A DNA stretch of 63,545 nucleotides, counting the filler. It is 6 parts of 6 records of this genome, joined end to end, with 100 filler letters (N's around TTAATTAATTAA, not from the genome) between each part and the next. Parts side by side here need not be neighbours in the genome. Positions count along the whole stretch, not along the records: positions 54,856 to 63,545 come from SRR31156797_10114; 5 more parts are not named here. One strand, 5' to 3'. The notes below the pieces were generated by a model. It was given only the letters and a program-made list of their open reading frames with translations. It was not told where the DNA came from and ran no database searches. Positions 60,514 through 63,545 of this stretch are shown piece by piece (the first letter of the stretch is position 1; every line of letters starts with the position of its first letter). The position numbers and the translations under genes are program-made.

Positions 60514-61857
60514 ATGTTTCCTTCCATATTAATCGTAGATGACGAACCGACCATTCTGCAGTCTCTCAGCGGACTGCTGACCGATGAAGGATTTGAGGTC
60601 ATTACCGCCAATAACGGCTATGAGGCCTTAAAAATAATCGATGCGGAAGCGCCTGATCTAGTCATGCTCGACATTTGGATGCCTGGAATTGACGGCATCG
60701 AAACACTAAAAGAGATCAAAAAAACCAATGCCGTGTTACCGGTGATCATCATTACCGGGCACGGGAACGTGGAAACCGCAGTGAAAGCAACCAAGCTTGG
60801 GGCATTCGATCTCATTGAGAAACCGCTCAATATCGACAAAGTTATTGTTGCCATCAACAATGCCCTCAATTTCCGTCGTCTGGAGGAAGAGAACCGATAT
60901 CTGCGGAAAAAAACGATTGAAAAACATTCCATCAGCGGAAGCAGTGAACCGGTTCAAGCCTTAAAGATGCAGATCGCCACAGTGGCCCCCACGGATTCCT
61001 GGGTGTTCATCAAAGGAGAAAATGGAACCGGCAAGGAACTCGTTGCCAGAACCATTCACCAGCTCAGCCCGCGTGCGGAATCGCCTCTGATCGACGTTAA
61101 TTGTGCGGCAATTCCGGAAAGTTTGATTGAAAGCGAATTATTCGGGCATGAAAAAGGGGCTGTTTCCGGATCAAGTGCAAAGAAAAGGGGCAAGTTCGAG
61201 CTGGCGAATACCGGAACCATTTTTTTCGATGAGATTGGAGATATGAGCCTCTCCGCCCAAGCCCAAATTCTTCGAGTACTTGATGAGAAAAAATTTCAGC
61301 GAGTGGGAAAAGGACGTACCTTGACCACCGATGTACGCGTGATTGCCGCAACCAACAAAGACCTCGAAGTAGAGATTGAAAACGGAAATTTTAGAGAAGA
61401 TCTTTACTACCGGCTCAATGTGGTTCCCATAGAAGTACCACCGTTAAGGGAAAGAGCCGAAGACATTCCCCTGCTGGTGGATATTTTTCTAGCCGAAGCC
61501 GCCACACATAATCGTGAGAAAAGAAAAACCATAACGAACGACACCATGAAGATTCTCACCGGATACAACTGGCCCGGAAATGTCCGGGAGTTGAAAAACC
61601 TGATCGAACGCCTGGCGATTATGGTACAGCAGGATCGCATTACGACAAAGGATCTTCCCGCCAACGTCTCGGGCCCGAAAAAAACAGAAGGTGAGATTTA
61701 CTCCATTGAAGCGATGGATGAAGCGCGGATAGCTTTTGAGACTGAATATGTAAAGAAAAAACTGGCCCATTATCAAAACGATATAGAAAAAACGGCAAAG
61801 GCCATCAGTGTAACGCAGTCCTATATTCACTCCATTTTAAAAACAGAATCGCCATGA
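60514..61857 (+). CDS. NtrX-like response regulator (REC-AAA-HTH)
   Basis: DDE/DIWMP, GENGTGKE, ESELFGHEKGAVSGS, FFDEIG, WPGNVREL. Confidence 0.9.
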   Translation: MFPSILIVDDEPTILQSLSGLLTDEGFEVITANNGYEALKIIDAEAPDLVMLDIWMPGIDGIETLKEIKKTNAVLPVIIITGHGNVETAVKATKLGAFDLIEKPLNIDKVIVAINNALNFRRLEEENRYLRKKTIEKHSISGSSEPVQALKMQIATVAPTDSWVFIKGENGTGKELVARTIHQLSPRAESPLIDVNCAAIPESLIESELFGHEKGAVSGSSAKKRGKFELANTGTIFFDEIGDMSLSAQAQILRVLDEKKFQRVGKGRTLTTDVRVIAATNKDLEVEIENGNFREDLYYRLNVVPIEVPPLRERAEDIPLLVDIFLAEAATHNREKRKTITNDTMKILTGYNWPGNVRELKNLIERLAIMVQQDRITTKDLPANVSGPKKTEGEIYSIEAMDEARIAFETEYVKKKLAHYQNDIEKTAKAISVTQSYIHSILKTESP

Positions 61858-62408
61858 GGGTTATTGCAGGAACCCTGAAAGGGAGGCGCCTTGCATCCCT
61901 TTCCGGATTGTCTATCCGCCCGACAGCAGATCGAACCAAAGAATCCATTTTCAACATTCTGTCCGGAGAGCTCGAAAATAAAATTGTACTGGATCTTTTT
62001 GCAGGAACAGGCGCATTGGGCATTGAGGCACTGAGCCGGGGCGCCTCTTTTGCAGTGTTCGTAGACAAACAAAAAGCTGCTTTGGAAGTGATCCGCCGGA
62101 ATGTTCAATCGTTAAAACTGACATCACGGGCCCGGATTGTAAAGTGGGACATCCTTCGAAACGTCGATTTTCTAAAACGGGAACCACAAGCATTTGACCT
62201 TGTCTTCATGGACCCGCCATACGAAATCGACGCGTTGTACCCGGTATTATCCGGTATGTCGACCAATGAAGTTCTATCGGGTGATACACAAATCGTCATC
62301 GAACACAGTATCCGTGAGCCGATTGAGCATATGCCAGAACGACTGACCCTCGTGGACCAGCGAAGATTCGGGAAAACCCTTGTCTCGTTTATTAAACCCG
62401 TGCTATAG
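61854..62408 (+). CDS. rsmD: 16S rRNA m2G966 methyltransferase
   Basis: MRVIAG..KGR, RPT, DLFAGTG, DPPY. Confidence 0.93.
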   Translation: MRVIAGTLKGRRLASLSGLSIRPTADRTKESIFNILSGELENKIVLDLFAGTGALGIEALSRGASFAVFVDKQKAALEVIRRNVQSLKLTSRARIVKWDILRNVDFLKREPQAFDLVFMDPPYEIDALYPVLSGMSTNEVLSGDTQIVIEHSIREPIEHMPERLTLVDQRRFGKTLVSFIKPVL

Positions 62409-62470
62409 AGCGTCTTTGTCAGCATCAGACCTCATTTTTTATCTTCTTAATCAAGCTGCCGGGAGCCCTT

Positions 62471-62953
62471 ATGCAAAGTATTGCAATTTACCCTGGTTCC
62501 TTCGATCCGGTCACCAATGGGCATATTGATATCGCCCAAAGAGGGTTACGGTTATTTGATCGGATCATCATTGCAATCTTAATCAATCCAGAAAAACAAT
62601 CACTTTTTACCATCGAGGAAAGGCTGGAGATGCTGAATGAGTCCATGTCCGGCATTGATGGCATCGAATTCGATACCTTTGATGGATTGACGGTTGACTA
62701 TGCACGCCAACAAAATGCACAAGCCATCCTCAGGGGTATGCGGGCCGTATCCGATTTCGAATATGAATTTCAGTTGGCGCTCATGAACAGAAAATTGAAT
62801 CGGGATGTGGAAACCGTTTTTCTGATGACCGGCATGCGGTGGATTTTTACCAGTTCATCCATCATCAAAGAGGCTGCCAAATTTGGTGGCGACATCTCCG
62901 ACATGGTTCCACCCATGGTCGAACAACGCTTAAAAAATAAGTTTGGACTTTGA
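62471..62953 (+). CDS. coaD: Phosphopantetheine adenylyltransferase
   Basis: YPGSFDPVTNGH, RGMRAVSDFEYE, SSS. Confidence 0.96.
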   Translation: MQSIAIYPGSFDPVTNGHIDIAQRGLRLFDRIIIAILINPEKQSLFTIEERLEMLNESMSGIDGIEFDTFDGLTVDYARQQNAQAILRGMRAVSDFEYEFQLALMNRKLNRDVETVFLMTGMRWIFTSSSIIKEAAKFGGDISDMVPPMVEQRLKNKFGL

Positions 62954-62956
62954 TCA

Positions 62957-63545
62957 ATGGATCTATGGCAACTTCAAATTTTCTGCAAGGTTGTGGAACT
63001 GAAAAGTTTTTCCCGTGCCGGCCGGTCGGTGCACCTCTCCCAGCCTACCGTATCCAGCCACATCAAGGACCTGGAAGAGCATTTCAGTTGCCGGCTCATA
63101 GACCGTCTATCCAAAGAAGCGCTTCCCACAAAGGTGGGCCACCTGCTTTATCAATACGCGAAGCGGTTGATCGCCTTGCGCGATGAGGCCGAAAGCGCCA
63201 TTGCCGAATTCAACGGGCAAATCAAGGGCAATCTGGAAATTGGCGGAAGTACGATACCCGGCACATACATCCTGCCTCCAATAATCGGTGAGTTTACGTC
63301 AATATTCCCGGACATCAGCATCACCCTCACCATTGCCGACACCCAGCAGACGATCGAAGCGATCGTCTCCGGGGAATTGGAGTTGGGTATGGTGGGCTCC
63401 GATTCCGACCATTCCGACATCTCACAGATTTCCCTGGTGGATGACGAACTCTGTCTTGCCGTGCCATATGATCATCGCTGGGCAAATAGAAAACAAATTG
63501 AGGCCGAACAGCTACTGACGGAAGCGTTTCTTCTTCGAGAAGACG
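62957..63545 (+). CDS. LysR-family regulator (CysL/selenium-associated type), 3' partial; not in the ORF track
   Basis: MDLWQLQIFCKVVELKSFSRAGRSVHLSQPTVSSHIKDLE...IGGSTIPGTYILP. Confidence 0.9.
   Translation, partial: MDLWQLQIFCKVVELKSFSRAGRSVHLSQPTVSSHIKDLEEHFSCRLIDRLSKEALPTKVGHLLYQYAKRLIALRDEAESAIAEFNGQIKGNLEIGGSTIPGTYILPPIIGEFTSIFPDISITLTIADTQQTIEAIVSGELELGMVGSDSDHSDISQISLVDDELCLAVPYDHRWANRKQIEAEQLLTEAFLLRED

Overview
The window is not one continuous locus. It is six contigs joined by 100-nt N-linkers that contain TTAATTAATTAA (stops in all six frames), at 21990-22089, 35311-35410, 42472-42571, 48935-49034 and 54756-54855. Contig 1 (1-21989, deltaproteobacterial by gene content) is the highlight: an iron island carrying an expanded ferrosome (fez)-like cluster. 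It contains a DYSCA/HNxxT P1B-6 ATPase (FezB-type), two further CPC-type P1B ATPases (one with TGE changed to NGS), three paralogous pairs of small Gly-rich membrane proteins, an HMA-like protein, a YceI protein, a triple-FeoA protein and two DtxR/MntR repressors with a palindromic operator. Beside it lie a candidate anti-Shine-Dalgarno sRNA and an imelysin-imelysin-di-heme oxidoreductase operon that also encodes a protein with two tandem flavinylation motifs. Contig 2 holds c-di-GMP signalling genes, an IS remnant, several pseudogenes (pstS, BMP, CHAD, sixA) and a partial tRNA-Pro. Contig 3 is Bacteroidetes-like (kduI/idnO/LacI, a T9SS cargo protein). Contig 4 holds surface polysaccharide genes. 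Contig 5 is a high-GC alphaproteobacterial-like ABC transporter/DHDPS/MetE-like locus. Contig 6 is deltaproteobacterial housekeeping (comM, lpxC, ntrYX-like, rsmD, coaD, LysR). All calls come from motif recognition by eye; no database searches were run.
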